A stretch of 64,000 bases of DNA from Patescibacteria group bacterium (GTDB lineage Bacteria > Patescibacteriota > Patescibacteriia > UBA2591 > CALHIP01): NCBI GenBank assembly GCA_026417895.1, contig JAOACJ010000009.1, positions 2,128-66,127 on the forward strand, given 5' to 3'. Each line of letters starts with the position of its first letter. Within the stretch, counting starts at the first letter, position 1. A program made the translations under genes and the position numbers. Shown here in pieces: positions 10,549-19,801 of the stretch. A model generated the notes under the pieces. That model saw nothing but the letters and a program-made list of their open reading frames with translations, did no database searches and was not told the origin of the DNA.

Positions 10549-12528
10549 TTATTTATAATTGATTAATTGAACATATTTTCCTTCTTTTCTAAACGGCTTA
10601 AACCTGACACCACCTCCTTCCATAAATTTGGGGAAGAACTCAACAAATTGAAGACGAGCCGAATGAATAAAAGCACCCAAGGCATTTATCCCAATATTGA
10701 AAAGATGTCCGCCAATTAAGATAAAGATAGCCAAGATAAAACCAACAAAAGGAATCATTTGGCTGAAAATTTTGGCAATCAGATTGATGACCATACCAAT
10801 AATACTAGTGGCTAATCCCAAAGCTAAAAGTCGAGAGTAAGAAAGTGTATCAGAAAGATAACCAATTAAGCCGTAAAGACTTAAAACGCCAGCCGGAATT
10901 TTTAAGAAAATATTTTTTTGTTTCCGACCTTGAGTCAGGACAACTAAAATAAGACCGATCAAAACTAAATATTTGGCTAAATTGTGAGAAATAGAAAGAA
11001 ATTTACTTTGAGAACCGATAAAGATTAACAACGAACTAATCAAAAATATCCATGGGCCATTATCTAAAATGGCATTCAGGGTGTCTTTATTTTTTATTTT
11101 CCAATACAGATTAATTATTAAGCCAGCCAAAATTTGAAAGACACCTAAAACCAAAGAAATAATTAAAAGCTGTAAAGGATTCTTGATCGGATCAATGATT
11201 CTTATTTGAATCAAAAATTCTTTAACTGGTTTTAAAAATTCTGGCAAAGTTTCCAATTCCAAACCAAACCAACTACCCAAAATGGCACCAATAAAAATAG
11301 TCGTTAGTCCTAACCAAAGGAAAAGTCTAAAAAAATTTTTTGTTTTTTGGGGTAAATTTAAGAACTTAATTATAGTTATCGAGATGATGGTTAAAACTAA
11401 ACCATAGCCAGCATCAGAAAGACAAAGGGCGAAAAAAAGAACAAAAAATGGTGTTAAAAATGGAGTTGGGTCCGGCTCATGATATTTTGGCACCCCATAG
11501 ACATTGGTCACTGTTTCAAAGTCATTAACAAATTCCTTATTTTTTAGAAGAACTGGTACTTCTTCATCTGCCTTGACTGGCATTTCAATGATTTCAAACT
11601 CTGGCGTAATTCTTCTAAGCCCACTTTGAAGATCGGGCAATGAGTCCTTAACAACCCAAGCAAAAAGGAAGAGGGTAAAATTAGTTTTCTGGATTTTTTG
11701 TTTCACTTCTTCTTTTTCTTTTTGCCAAGAAAGCCAATCAAAGATAATTTTTAATTTTTCTTGTTGATTGGCTAAACGAGAAATTTTTCTTCTTACGATT
11801 TTCATTTTTGGCTCTAAAATTGCCAATTCATCTTCTAGGCGTTCAAAATATTGAGCTGGCGAAGATTTAAAAGGTGGTAATTCTATTTTTATAAATTGAT
11901 TTTCTTCTAAAAATTTCAATAAGTCTTTCTCTGTGACTCGATCAAAAATAATCAAACAATAAACATCTTTTTCTAACTGATCAACTTTGATGACCTCAGT
12001 TAATTTAATTTCATTTTTTATTTTCTCTAAAAATTTTGGCCAATTGATCAAAGAAATTTTCCCAGTCAAAAAAGAAAAATTTTTAGTCTTTTTTATCTCC
12101 GCTAAATTTAAATCTAATTTTCGCCAAGGATAAACTTTTTCTTTTTCTTCTTGAATTTTTTTAATTTTAGAAGAAAGAGTGGTAAAATCCATTTCCAATT
12201 TTTCTGTCTCTTGAATAATCATTGCCCACGGTGTTTGAGAAACCGTTTTGTTTAATTCTTGTTTGGTCAGTTTAATTTTTGGTGATAAAAAGGTTGTAAT
12301 TTTTTGCTTTAAACTGACCTTCTCTTTTTTTTGATAGGGTGCTAAAAAATCAATGGCAAATTTTACTCTAGCTAATTGATAGTTTAAATCAATCATCTCT
12401 TTTTCTTCTCTGTGGCCCTCGCCTAAATCAATGATCTCAACGGTGCCAAGTTCCTGTAAAAAACTCAAAATTTCTCGTCGAAATGATTTTGAAGCAACCA
12501 AACAAATTTTTTTTAATTGAGCGACCAT
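10549..12528 (-). CDS. atpI: A/V-type ATPase subunit I/a
   Basis: YGVPKYHEPDPTP, DAGYG, SDTLSYSRLLALGLA, HSARLQFVEFFPKF. Confidence 0.95.
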   Translation of the reverse strand: MVAQLKKICLVASKSFRREILSFLQELGTVEIIDLGEGHREEKEMIDLNYQLARVKFAIDFLAPYQKKEKVSLKQKITTFLSPKIKLTKQELNKTVSQTPWAMIIQETEKLEMDFTTLSSKIKKIQEEKEKVYPWRKLDLNLAEIKKTKNFSFLTGKISLINWPKFLEKIKNEIKLTEVIKVDQLEKDVYCLIIFDRVTEKDLLKFLEENQFIKIELPPFKSSPAQYFERLEDELAILEPKMKIVRRKISRLANQQEKLKIIFDWLSWQKEKEEVKQKIQKTNFTLFLFAWVVKDSLPDLQSGLRRITPEFEIIEMPVKADEEVPVLLKNKEFVNDFETVTNVYGVPKYHEPDPTPFLTPFFVLFFALCLSDAGYGLVLTIISITIIKFLNLPQKTKNFFRLFLWLGLTTIFIGAILGSWFGLELETLPEFLKPVKEFLIQIRIIDPIKNPLQLLIISLVLGVFQILAGLIINLYWKIKNKDTLNAILDNGPWIFLISSLLIFIGSQSKFLSISHNLAKYLVLIGLILVVLTQGRKQKNIFLKIPAGVLSLYGLIGYLSDTLSYSRLLALGLATSIIGMVINLIAKIFSQMIPFVGFILAIFILIGGHLFNIGINALGAFIHSARLQFVEFFPKFMEGGGVRFKPFRKEGKYVQLINYK

Positions 12529-12821
12529 AATCTTTTAAAAATTAAGTTTTTAGCTTTTTCTTTTTTTGCCATTTCTAATTTTTTAATTTCGTTTTTCTGT
12601 TTCTCTTTTTCTATTTTTTCTATTTCTTTAATTTTTTCTTCCGCTGTCTTTCTAATTTTTTCTATGGTCGGAGCCATTATTTCTGGTAAATTGGCTAAAA
12701 TTTCAAGCTGTTTTTTTTCTTGAAAAATAATTCTCTCTTGCCCTTCTTTTTCCGCCTTTAAAATAGCTTCCTCTGCTTCTTCTTCTGCTCTTTTGATTTT
12801 TTGAATTATCTCTTCGCTCAT
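12513..12821 (-). CDS. A/V-type ATPase stator subunit G/H (NtpF-like)
   Basis: EIIQKIKRAEEEAEE charged coiled coil; first gene of the operon. Confidence 0.75.
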   Translation of the reverse strand: MSEEIIQKIKRAEEEAEEAILKAEKEGQERIIFQEKKQLEILANLPEIMAPTIEKIRKTAEEKIKEIEKIEKEKQKNEIKKLEMAKKEKAKNLIFKRLWSLN

Positions 12822-12902
12822 AAGATTTGGATATTATAACAAAAAAAAGAAAAAAATAAAGAATAGGGTCGTGGATAAGTTTTTAATTTTTAAAATTATG
12901 GC

Positions 12903-13487
12903 TTAGGCGGTCTTCTTTTTCTGATAAAGATATTGATTACCGTCTACCCCATATTGATACTTATCGTCAACGATATCTTTTTGCTGCCAATTTTTCCGCC
13001 AATTTTCAACCTTAAATATTTTATAATGACCATCGGCTTGACTACAGATTACTCTTTTCAGGCCAGCATTGATAATCATTTTTTTACAAAGAAAACAAGG
13101 CAAAACATCCATTTTCTTGGCTGGCGATAAATATTCTCCATAAATAAACATCTCGCCATTTAAAAGAGAAACGCCAGTACGAGCGGCATTAATCAAACAA
13201 TTCATTTCGGCATGAACACTGCGACAAATTTCGTAGCGATGACCATGAGGAATGCCAAGTTGATCACGCAAACAAAAACCGTGTTCAAAACAGTCCTTTG
13301 TCTTTCTTGGCGCGCCAACATAACCAGTGGCGACAATGGCATCATCTTTAACAATAATAGCTCCAATTTTTACTCGGAAACAGGTACTCCGCTGGGAAAT
13401 CTCTCTGGCTATATGGAGATAATGATTTTCTTTACTTGGTCGATTGTTTTTTAATTTTATTTTTTTATTTTTTATCTTATCGCCCAT
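12903..13487 (-). CDS. dCMP deaminase (ComEB family)
   Basis: RSTC..KIGAIIV, GYVGAPR, SVHAEMN, PCFLCKKMIINAG zinc motifs. Confidence 0.88.
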   Translation of the reverse strand: MGDKIKNKKIKLKNNRPSKENHYLHIAREISQRSTCFRVKIGAIIVKDDAIVATGYVGAPRKTKDCFEHGFCLRDQLGIPHGHRYEICRSVHAEMNCLINAARTGVSLLNGEMFIYGEYLSPAKKMDVLPCFLCKKMIINAGLKRVICSQADGHYKIFKVENWRKNWQQKDIVDDKYQYGVDGNQYLYQKKKTA

Positions 13488-14472
13488 ATTGTCTTTGATA
13501 ATATTTTAAAAATTCACCTGATTTTAATTTTCTCCACCACCACTGATTTTCTTTATACCAATTAATTGTTTCTTTAATTGCTTTCTCAAATTTATAAATT
13601 GGTCGCCAGCCAAGCTTTTTTATTTTTTGACAAGAAAGAGCATAGCGCCAATCGTGACCCGGTCGATCTTTAACATATTCAATCGATGTTTTGTCCTTTT
13701 TTAATTCTTTCAAAATAATCTTTGTCAATTCTAAATTTGTTAATTCATAACCAGAAGCGACATTATAAATTTCACCAATTTTCCCGCGGTGTAAAATTAA
13801 ATCAATGGCTCGACAATTATCCAAAACGTAAAGCCAATCTCTTCTGTTTAGTCCTCGACCATATAAAGGAACCTTCTTTCCTTCCAATAAATTAGTAATA
13901 AACAGAGGAATAATTTTCTCTGGATATTGGTAAGGACCGTAATTGTTAGTCGACCGGCTAATCAAAACTGGTAGCTGATAAGTTTTAAAATAAGCCAACG
14001 TTAAAAGATCAGCGCTGGCTTTTGAAGCGGAATAAGGAGAAGAGGGGTTAAGAGGATCGTTTTCTTTAAAATAACCTCTTTTTCGACTGCCATAAACCTC
14101 ATCGGTAGAAATCTGGATATACTTTTTGATTTTATATTTTTTGGCTGCTTCAAGGAGGGTGAAGGTACCAAAAATATCTGTCTTAATAAAAGAATCTGGT
14201 TCTAAAATTGAACGATCAACGTGCGATTCAGCGGCAAAATTTATAATCACCTCAACATTTTTGACTAATTTTTCCACCAATTTTTGGTCAGCAATATCAC
14301 CCTTAAAAAAATGATGTCTTGGATTTTTTTTAAAATCGTGCAAATTGTCTAAATTCCCGCAATAGGTCAGTTTATCCAAATTAAAAATCTGATAGTTTTT
14401 ATATTTCTTTAAAAGATAGCGGATAAAATTTGAACCAATAAAACCGGCCCCGCCGGTAATTAAAATTTTCAT
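13477..14472 (-). CDS. rmlB: dTDP-glucose 4,6-dehydratase
   Basis: GGAGFIGSNF, AAESHVDRSI, STDEVYG, PYSASKAS, NNYGPYQYPEK, DRPGHD.RY. Confidence 0.95.
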   Translation of the reverse strand: MKILITGGAGFIGSNFIRYLLKKYKNYQIFNLDKLTYCGNLDNLHDFKKNPRHHFFKGDIADQKLVEKLVKNVEVIINFAAESHVDRSILEPDSFIKTDIFGTFTLLEAAKKYKIKKYIQISTDEVYGSRKRGYFKENDPLNPSSPYSASKASADLLTLAYFKTYQLPVLISRSTNNYGPYQYPEKIIPLFITNLLEGKKVPLYGRGLNRRDWLYVLDNCRAIDLILHRGKIGEIYNVASGYELTNLELTKIILKELKKDKTSIEYVKDRPGHDWRYALSCQKIKKLGWRPIYKFEKAIKETINWYKENQWWWRKLKSGEFLKYYQRQYGR

Positions 14473-14726
14473 ATCATTTCATTTTTCTTTAAAAATTTAT
14501 TCGTCAAAAAAGAGTGATTATAATTTTGCCTTGACTAATCCATTTTAGATCTTCAGTCAAAGAATTTTAACCATCTTTTTGATCTCACCTTTTCTTTTAG
14601 TCTTTTTCTTTTTTTTAATTTGTCTTGCCAAAAAAGATGTCAAACTTCAGTGATAATGCCGCGGCTTGGCCAAAAACTCCTAATTTTTTCCATAATTTTG
14701 CTTGAAAAAATATTAGTTAAAGATGT

Positions 14727-15776
14727 TTATTCTTCTTGGTAATCTTCGTCATATTTTGAAATTAATGGCTGAAGAAGCATCCGATTGATTTTTACATCTT
14801 CAATCGTTCTTCTCAGTCCTTCTTCTAAAGAAACAACCGGATACCAATCAAGTTTTTCTTTGGCTAAAGTAATGTCCGGTAGACCTAAAGGAGTCATGAA
14901 AAGAAGGGGTGGCCTAAAAATAATTTCTGATTTAGAATGGGTCTCTTGAATAATTTTTTTAGCCAAATCAGCCATTTTATATTTTTCGGGATGACCAAGA
15001 TTGAAAGGTCCTGATTCATCAGAAGCCATCATTTTAATTATTCCTTCAACGATATCAGAAATATAACAAAAAGAAGAGTCAAAGGATTCATCGCCATAAA
15101 TAATTAATGGTTTGTCATTTAGGGCCTGTAAGACGAAGTCAGGAACCATATGGCCATCGAATAAAGGCATTCTTGGTCCATAGGTTCTAAAAATTCTTAA
15201 AATTTTTGTATCTAAATTATAGACTTGGCGATAGGTCATAACACAAGTTTCAGCCATTCTTTTGCCTTCGTCATAACAAGCTCGAGGGGAAAGAAAATTA
15301 ACTTGACCAAAATCATCTTCTTTAAAATAAGGATTTTCTTTTCTTCTTGGTCCATAAACGACAGCTGATGAAGTAAATAAAAATTTAGCCTTATATCTTA
15401 AGGCTAATTCTAACATATTAATCGTGCCGATAACGTTCGTCTTTAAAGTCTTGATTTTTGTTTTTTCAAAATTTTTCGGTGAGGTTGGACAGGCTAAATG
15501 ATAAATCTCTTGAAGACCTTGTACATCAATTCTAAACCTTTTCAACTCTGGAAATTTTTCTAAATCAATCGGTTCGTTAATATCGAAGTTAATAAATTCG
15601 AAATTTGGCAATTGAAGTAAATGATCGATGTTTCTTTCTGAAGAAGAAGTGAAATCATCTAAACAAATAACATTGTTCTCCTTCACTAATTCATCGCATA
15701 AATGTGAGCCAATAAAACCAGCACCACCAGTAATTAAAACATTTTTTCTGCCAGTGATGAAAACTTTATGAGCCAT
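14727..15776 (-). CDS. NAD-dependent epimerase/dehydratase, UDP-glucuronate decarboxylase-like
   Basis: GGAGFIGSHLC, IYHLACPTSP, RACYDEGKR, IFRTYGPRM. Confidence 0.82.
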   Translation of the reverse strand: MAHKVFITGRKNVLITGGAGFIGSHLCDELVKENNVICLDDFTSSSERNIDHLLQLPNFEFINFDINEPIDLEKFPELKRFRIDVQGLQEIYHLACPTSPKNFEKTKIKTLKTNVIGTINMLELALRYKAKFLFTSSAVVYGPRRKENPYFKEDDFGQVNFLSPRACYDEGKRMAETCVMTYRQVYNLDTKILRIFRTYGPRMPLFDGHMVPDFVLQALNDKPLIIYGDESFDSSFCYISDIVEGIIKMMASDESGPFNLGHPEKYKMADLAKKIIQETHSKSEIIFRPPLLFMTPLGLPDITLAKEKLDWYPVVSLEEGLRRTIEDVKINRMLLQPLISKYDEDYQEE

Positions 15777-15783
15777 AGATTTT

Positions 15784-15825
15784 AGTTATTGGTTTTTGGT
15801 TATTGGTTATTGGTTATTGGTTAAT
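15784..15825. repeat. Heptamer tandem array (GGTTATT) x6
   Basis: AGTTATT GGTTTTT GGTTATT GGTTATT GGTTATT GGTTAAT; includes the rplK stop codon. Confidence 0.9.
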
Positions 15826-16246
15826 CTACAATCTCTAAACCCATTTGCTTAGCTGTTCCTTCGATAATTTTCATTGCTTGTTCAAGATTATTGGTGTTTA
15901 GATCGGGCATTTTAATCTTGGCAATTTCTCTGATTTGCGACCGGCTAATCTTGCCTACTTTCTCTTGAAGAGGTTTGCCGGAACCTTTTTCAACACCAGC
16001 TGCTTTTTTTAGAAGTTCACTGGTTAAAGGGGTTTTAATGAAAAAATCAAAAGACCTGTCTTCATAAACAACTAATTTCACCGGTAGGGTCTGGCCGATT
16101 TTGTCTTTCGTCAAATCATTGAATTTTTTACAGAAATCAGCGATGTTAATACCGGCCTGTCCTAAAGCTGGTCCAACCGGCGGAGCTGGTGTTGCTTGAC
16201 CACCGGGTACAAGAAGTTTGACAATGGTTTTTATTTTCTTAGCCAT
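15821..16246 (-). CDS. rplK: 50S ribosomal protein L11
   Basis: [34 protein letters not shown]. Confidence 0.98.
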   Translation of the reverse strand: MAKKIKTIVKLLVPGGQATPAPPVGPALGQAGINIADFCKKFNDLTKDKIGQTLPVKLVVYEDRSFDFFIKTPLTSELLKKAAGVEKGSGKPLQEKVGKISRSQIREIAKIKMPDLNTNNLEQAMKIIEGTAKQMGLEIVD

Positions 16247-16247
16247 A

Positions 16248-16790
16248 TTAAATTTTCTTGACTTGTAAAAAGTCTAAATCAACAGGTGTTTCTCGACCAA
16301 AAACATTAATAAGTACTTTAACTCTTCCTTTCTCTTCATCAACTTCATCAACTTTTCCTTCAAAACTTTTAAATGGTCCTTCCATCACTCTCACCGGTGT
16401 ACCAGGCGAGAGTTCAATTTTATATTTTGGCTCTTCAATTTGCATTCTTTTGAGAATAATTTTAATTTCTTTTTCCGAGATAGGGGTTGGAATAGTGCCT
16501 GAACCAATAAAACCAGTAACGCCGGGCGTATTTCTCACTACATACCAAGAGTCATCGTCAACAATCATTTCAACCAAAACATAACCGGGGAACATTTTTT
16601 CTGTTACCACTCTTCTTTTTCCACCCTTAAATTTAATTCTTTTTTCTGTTGGAACTAAAACATTAAAAATTTTATGAGCCAGATCAAAAGATTCAATCCG
16701 TTGACGAAGATTGGTCGCCACGTTTTCTTCATAACCAGCATAGGTATGAATAGCATACCAACGACGGCCTTGTTCTATTTGTCTGGGCAT
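16248..16790 (-). CDS. nusG: Transcription elongation factor NusG
   Basis: [49 protein letters not shown]. Confidence 0.98.
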   Translation of the reverse strand: MPRQIEQGRRWYAIHTYAGYEENVATNLRQRIESFDLAHKIFNVLVPTEKRIKFKGGKRRVVTEKMFPGYVLVEMIVDDDSWYVVRNTPGVTGFIGSGTIPTPISEKEIKIILKRMQIEEPKYKIELSPGTPVRVMEGPFKSFEGKVDEVDEEKGRVKVLINVFGRETPVDLDFLQVKKI

Positions 16791-16805
16791 ATAAATTAAT
16801 TTTAA

Positions 16806-16991
16806 TTATCGAAAAATTTTTTCTAAAAAAATAGTTAAAAGTCGATCAATCAACCCTAAAAAAATAGCTACCCCTAAGGAAATAACAATTACCAAAAAGG
16901 TCAAATTCAATGTCTCTTTTTTACTTGGCCAAACGACTTTTTTTAATTCTTCCTTTGACTCTTTAAGGTATTGAATAATTTTTTGAATCAT
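16806..16991 (-). CDS. secE: Preprotein translocase SecE
   Basis: Start MIQKIIQYLKESKEELKKVVWPSKKE followed by one TM; directly upstream of nusG. Confidence 0.93.
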   Translation of the reverse strand: MIQKIIQYLKESKEELKKVVWPSKKETLNLTFLVIVISLGVAIFLGLIDRLLTIFLEKIFR

Positions 16992-17064
16992 CTTGACTAA
17001 ATTGACAATGACAAAATTTTTTGACTGATTGATTATATTAATTATATAGTATATTGAATCATCT

Positions 17065-19068
17065 TTAAATGTCAAGGTGACGAGCGGTTTTCGCATAGAT
17101 CTGAATAAATCTTTTACGCGGTTCAACTTCTTTGCCCATTAAAATTTCGAAAATCTCATTGGCTTTTTCTGCTTCTTCTAAGGTAATTTTTTTTAAGATT
17201 CTTCTCTTTGGGTCCATGGTTGTCTCCCAAAGTTGTTCAGGATTCATTTCTCCTAAACCTTTATATCGCTGGATTGATATTTTTTCTGGAATCTCTTCAT
17301 CTTTTGCCTCGCCAATTTTTTTAATTTTAAAATTTTTGGCAACAACTTTTTCTTTTAAATTTTTTATAATTTTTTCTTTTTCCTCTTCAGAATAAGCGTA
17401 TTTCAATTCTTTGCCAATTTCTAAACGATAAAGAGGTGGGGTAGCAATATAAAGATGGCCACGGAGGATAATTTCTGGAAAATATCGATAGAAAAGTGTT
17501 AAAAGAAGAGTTTTGATGTGAGAACCGTCAATGTCAGCATCAGTGGCAATAATGATCTTATGATAACGAAGTTTTTCAATCTGAAATTGATCGCCAATAT
17601 TGGTACCTAAGGCAACAATTAAAGACTTAACTTCTTCGTTGGCGATAATTTTTTCTAATCTGGCTTTTTCCACATTTAAAATTTTTCCTCTTAAAGGTAA
17701 AACCGCCTGCCTTTCTCTATCTCTCGCCTGCTTACAGCTGCCACCAGCGCTATCTCCTTCGACAATAAAAAGTTCACTCTGGGTTGGATCGGTTGTGTTA
17801 CAATCGGCTAGTTTGCCTGGCAATAAAAATCCTTCCAAAGTACTTTTTTTCAAAACCGCCTCCCGAGCCTGTTTTGCTGCTAGCCGGGCTCGAACCGACA
17901 GAAGACATTTTTCAATAATGGCTTTGGCATCTTTTGGATATTCTTCTAAAAAAGAAGAAAAACTTTCTGAGAAAACAGAGTCGACCAACCCCTTAACTTC
18001 CGGATTACCAAGTTTTGTTTTTGTTTGTCCTTCAAATTGTGGCTCTCTGACTTTTACACTAATAACGGCCGTCAACCCCTCTCGTAAATCTTCGCCGACA
18101 AAATTACTCTCTTTTTCTTTGAGAAATTCTTTTTTGCGGGCGTAATTATTAATCGTCCGCGTCAAAGCCGAACGAAACCCCGCCAAATGTGAGCCGCCTT
18201 CCGGTGTATAAATATTATTAGCAAAACTATAAATTACTTCTTTATAATCGTCAGTATACTGAAGAGCAATTTCAACCATAACTTTTTCAATTTCTTTACT
18301 CACATAAAAAATATGGGGATGTTTTACCGGACTATTCTTGTTTAAGTATTTAACATAGGAAACAATACCTCCTTCAAAATAAAAAGCATAAGAAAATTCT
18401 GGTTTTTTTCTTCTATCAAAGACAATAAACTTTACTCCTTTTGTCAAATAGGCTTGCTGTCTCAAATGTTCCAAGACTCGCGAAAGAGAAAATTTTGTTT
18501 CAGGAAAAATTTCTTTATCTGGTTTAAAGGTAACAATCGTCCCCGTACCTTTGGTCTTGCCTATTTTTTTGACTTTATTTAATGGCTTGCCTCTTTGGTA
18601 TTCCTGCTGATATAAAAAACCATCACGTTTAACCTGGGCTTTAAAAGCTTCTGACAAGGCATTAACAACCGAAACACCAACACCGTGAAGACCGCCCGCT
18701 ACTTTATAGACCTGATGGTCAAATTTAGCCCCGGCGTGAAGTTTGGTCATGACCACCTCTAAAGCTGACTTACCTGTTTGTTTGTGTAGGTCAACGGGGA
18801 TGCCTCGACCGTTATCCTCAACCCTGACATAATCATCGGGCAAAAGTTCAACTTTAATTTCATCAGCAAAGCCAGCCAAAGCTTCATCAATACAATTGTC
18901 TAGACATTCCCAAATTAAATGATGTAAGCCGTCAGGTCCGGTTGAACCAATATACATGGCTGGTCTTTTCCGCACGGGGGTTAAGCCATCTAAGACTGTA
19001 ATGTGTTCAGCTTTATATTCTTTAGCCGCTTCTTCGGTATTATTTTTTGGTCTTTCTTGTTGAACCAT
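17065..19068 (-). CDS. gyrB: DNA gyrase subunit B (type IIA topoisomerase B)
   Basis: VRKRPAMYIG, DNGRGIP, GGLHGVGVSVVNALS, EGDSAGG, PLRGKILN, DADIDGSHI, QRYKGLGEM; start 19068 supported by an adjacent promoter; ParE not fully excluded. Confidence 0.88.
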   Translation of the reverse strand: MVQQERPKNNTEEAAKEYKAEHITVLDGLTPVRKRPAMYIGSTGPDGLHHLIWECLDNCIDEALAGFADEIKVELLPDDYVRVEDNGRGIPVDLHKQTGKSALEVVMTKLHAGAKFDHQVYKVAGGLHGVGVSVVNALSEAFKAQVKRDGFLYQQEYQRGKPLNKVKKIGKTKGTGTIVTFKPDKEIFPETKFSLSRVLEHLRQQAYLTKGVKFIVFDRRKKPEFSYAFYFEGGIVSYVKYLNKNSPVKHPHIFYVSKEIEKVMVEIALQYTDDYKEVIYSFANNIYTPEGGSHLAGFRSALTRTINNYARKKEFLKEKESNFVGEDLREGLTAVISVKVREPQFEGQTKTKLGNPEVKGLVDSVFSESFSSFLEEYPKDAKAIIEKCLLSVRARLAAKQAREAVLKKSTLEGFLLPGKLADCNTTDPTQSELFIVEGDSAGGSCKQARDRERQAVLPLRGKILNVEKARLEKIIANEEVKSLIVALGTNIGDQFQIEKLRYHKIIIATDADIDGSHIKTLLLTLFYRYFPEIILRGHLYIATPPLYRLEIGKELKYAYSEEEKEKIIKNLKEKVVAKNFKIKKIGEAKDEEIPEKISIQRYKGLGEMNPEQLWETTMDPKRRILKKITLEEAEKANEIFEILMGKEVEPRKRFIQIYAKTARHLDI

Positions 19069-19077
19069 AATATAGAT

Positions 19078-19106
19078 ATTATAGCAAATTTTTAATTTTT
19101 TGACAA
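19078..19106 (-). promoter_or_regulatory. Sigma70 promoter of gyrB
   Basis: TTGTCA-17 nt-TATAAT with a TG extension, 9 nt before ATG. Confidence 0.65.
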
Positions 19107-19160
19107 ATAAAAAATGGCTAATTAAGGCCAATCATTGAGAAAAACTAAACGGTTTAAATC

Positions 19161-19670
19161 TTAAATGGCTGATTCTATTTTCTTTAAAATTTCAGGCAAA
19201 AGGGGTAAAAGAATCTTGGCTAAATTAATGAAATGTTGGGCTAATTTTGAATTTTCAATCAAATTAATTAACCAGGGCAAAGGAAATCTGACGATAAAAT
19301 AAAGAAAGAGACCAACAGTTAAACTCCCGGTAACGAAACCAATCAGAGCACCACCCAAACGATTAATCGCTTTTAAAAATGGTAGATGGGTAATCGGTCT
19401 CAAAATTCGGTCAAGAATAAAAAAAACAAAACCAACCAAACGATTAACGACGATATAAATAACTAAAAAAGAAATGATATTGGCTAAATTGATATTCCCG
19501 CCCAGTAGAAAAACAATTTTTATTGCTAACTCGTCATACCAACGACTAGCCACTGCCACACCAACAATTAAACCAGCTAAACCACCTAAAGCATAAATTA
19601 GACCAAACCAAAAATCAAACCAAATAAAACCAAAGACAATTAAGATAAGAATGAGGTCGAATAAGGTCAT
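19161..19670 (-). CDS. CvpA (colicin V production) family membrane protein
   Basis: MTLFDLILILIV..FWFGLI..LGGL, INRLGGALIGFVTG, IENSKLA. Confidence 0.8.
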   Translation of the reverse strand: MTLFDLILILIVFGFIWFDFWFGLIYALGGLAGLIVGVAVASRWYDELAIKIVFLLGGNINLANIISFLVIYIVVNRLVGFVFFILDRILRPITHLPFLKAINRLGGALIGFVTGSLTVGLFLYFIVRFPLPWLINLIENSKLAQHFINLAKILLPLLPEILKKIESAI

Positions 19671-19682
19671 AAATGGAAAACG

Positions 19683-19795
19683 ACTAATAACAAAATCCAA
19701 ATGACAAATTAATGACTAAAATCAAAAATCAAAATTATTTTAAGTGTCTGAACTTCGGATTTAATTTGACGTTTGAATTTTGAAATTTAGATTTC
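19683..19795. repeat. Heptamer-built inverted-arm element (MITE-like)
   Basis: Left arm CAAAATCCAAATGACAAATTAA; reverse complement of right arm CAAAATTCAAACGTCAAATTAA. Confidence 0.65.
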
Positions 19796-19801
19796 AAGGT
19801 A

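Noticed and set aside
12870-12878. DnaA-box-like TTATCCACG upstream of the ATPase operon
   Set aside because: Single copy with one mismatch; no cluster and no dnaA nearby
14473-14726. 254-bp spacer upstream of rmlB as a small gene or ncRNA
   Set aside because: Only a 17-codon ORF and no convincing structure or tRNA pattern by eye
16992-17064. tRNA-Trp expected upstream of secE
   Set aside because: The spacer is very AT-rich with no cloverleaf or TTCGA T-loop
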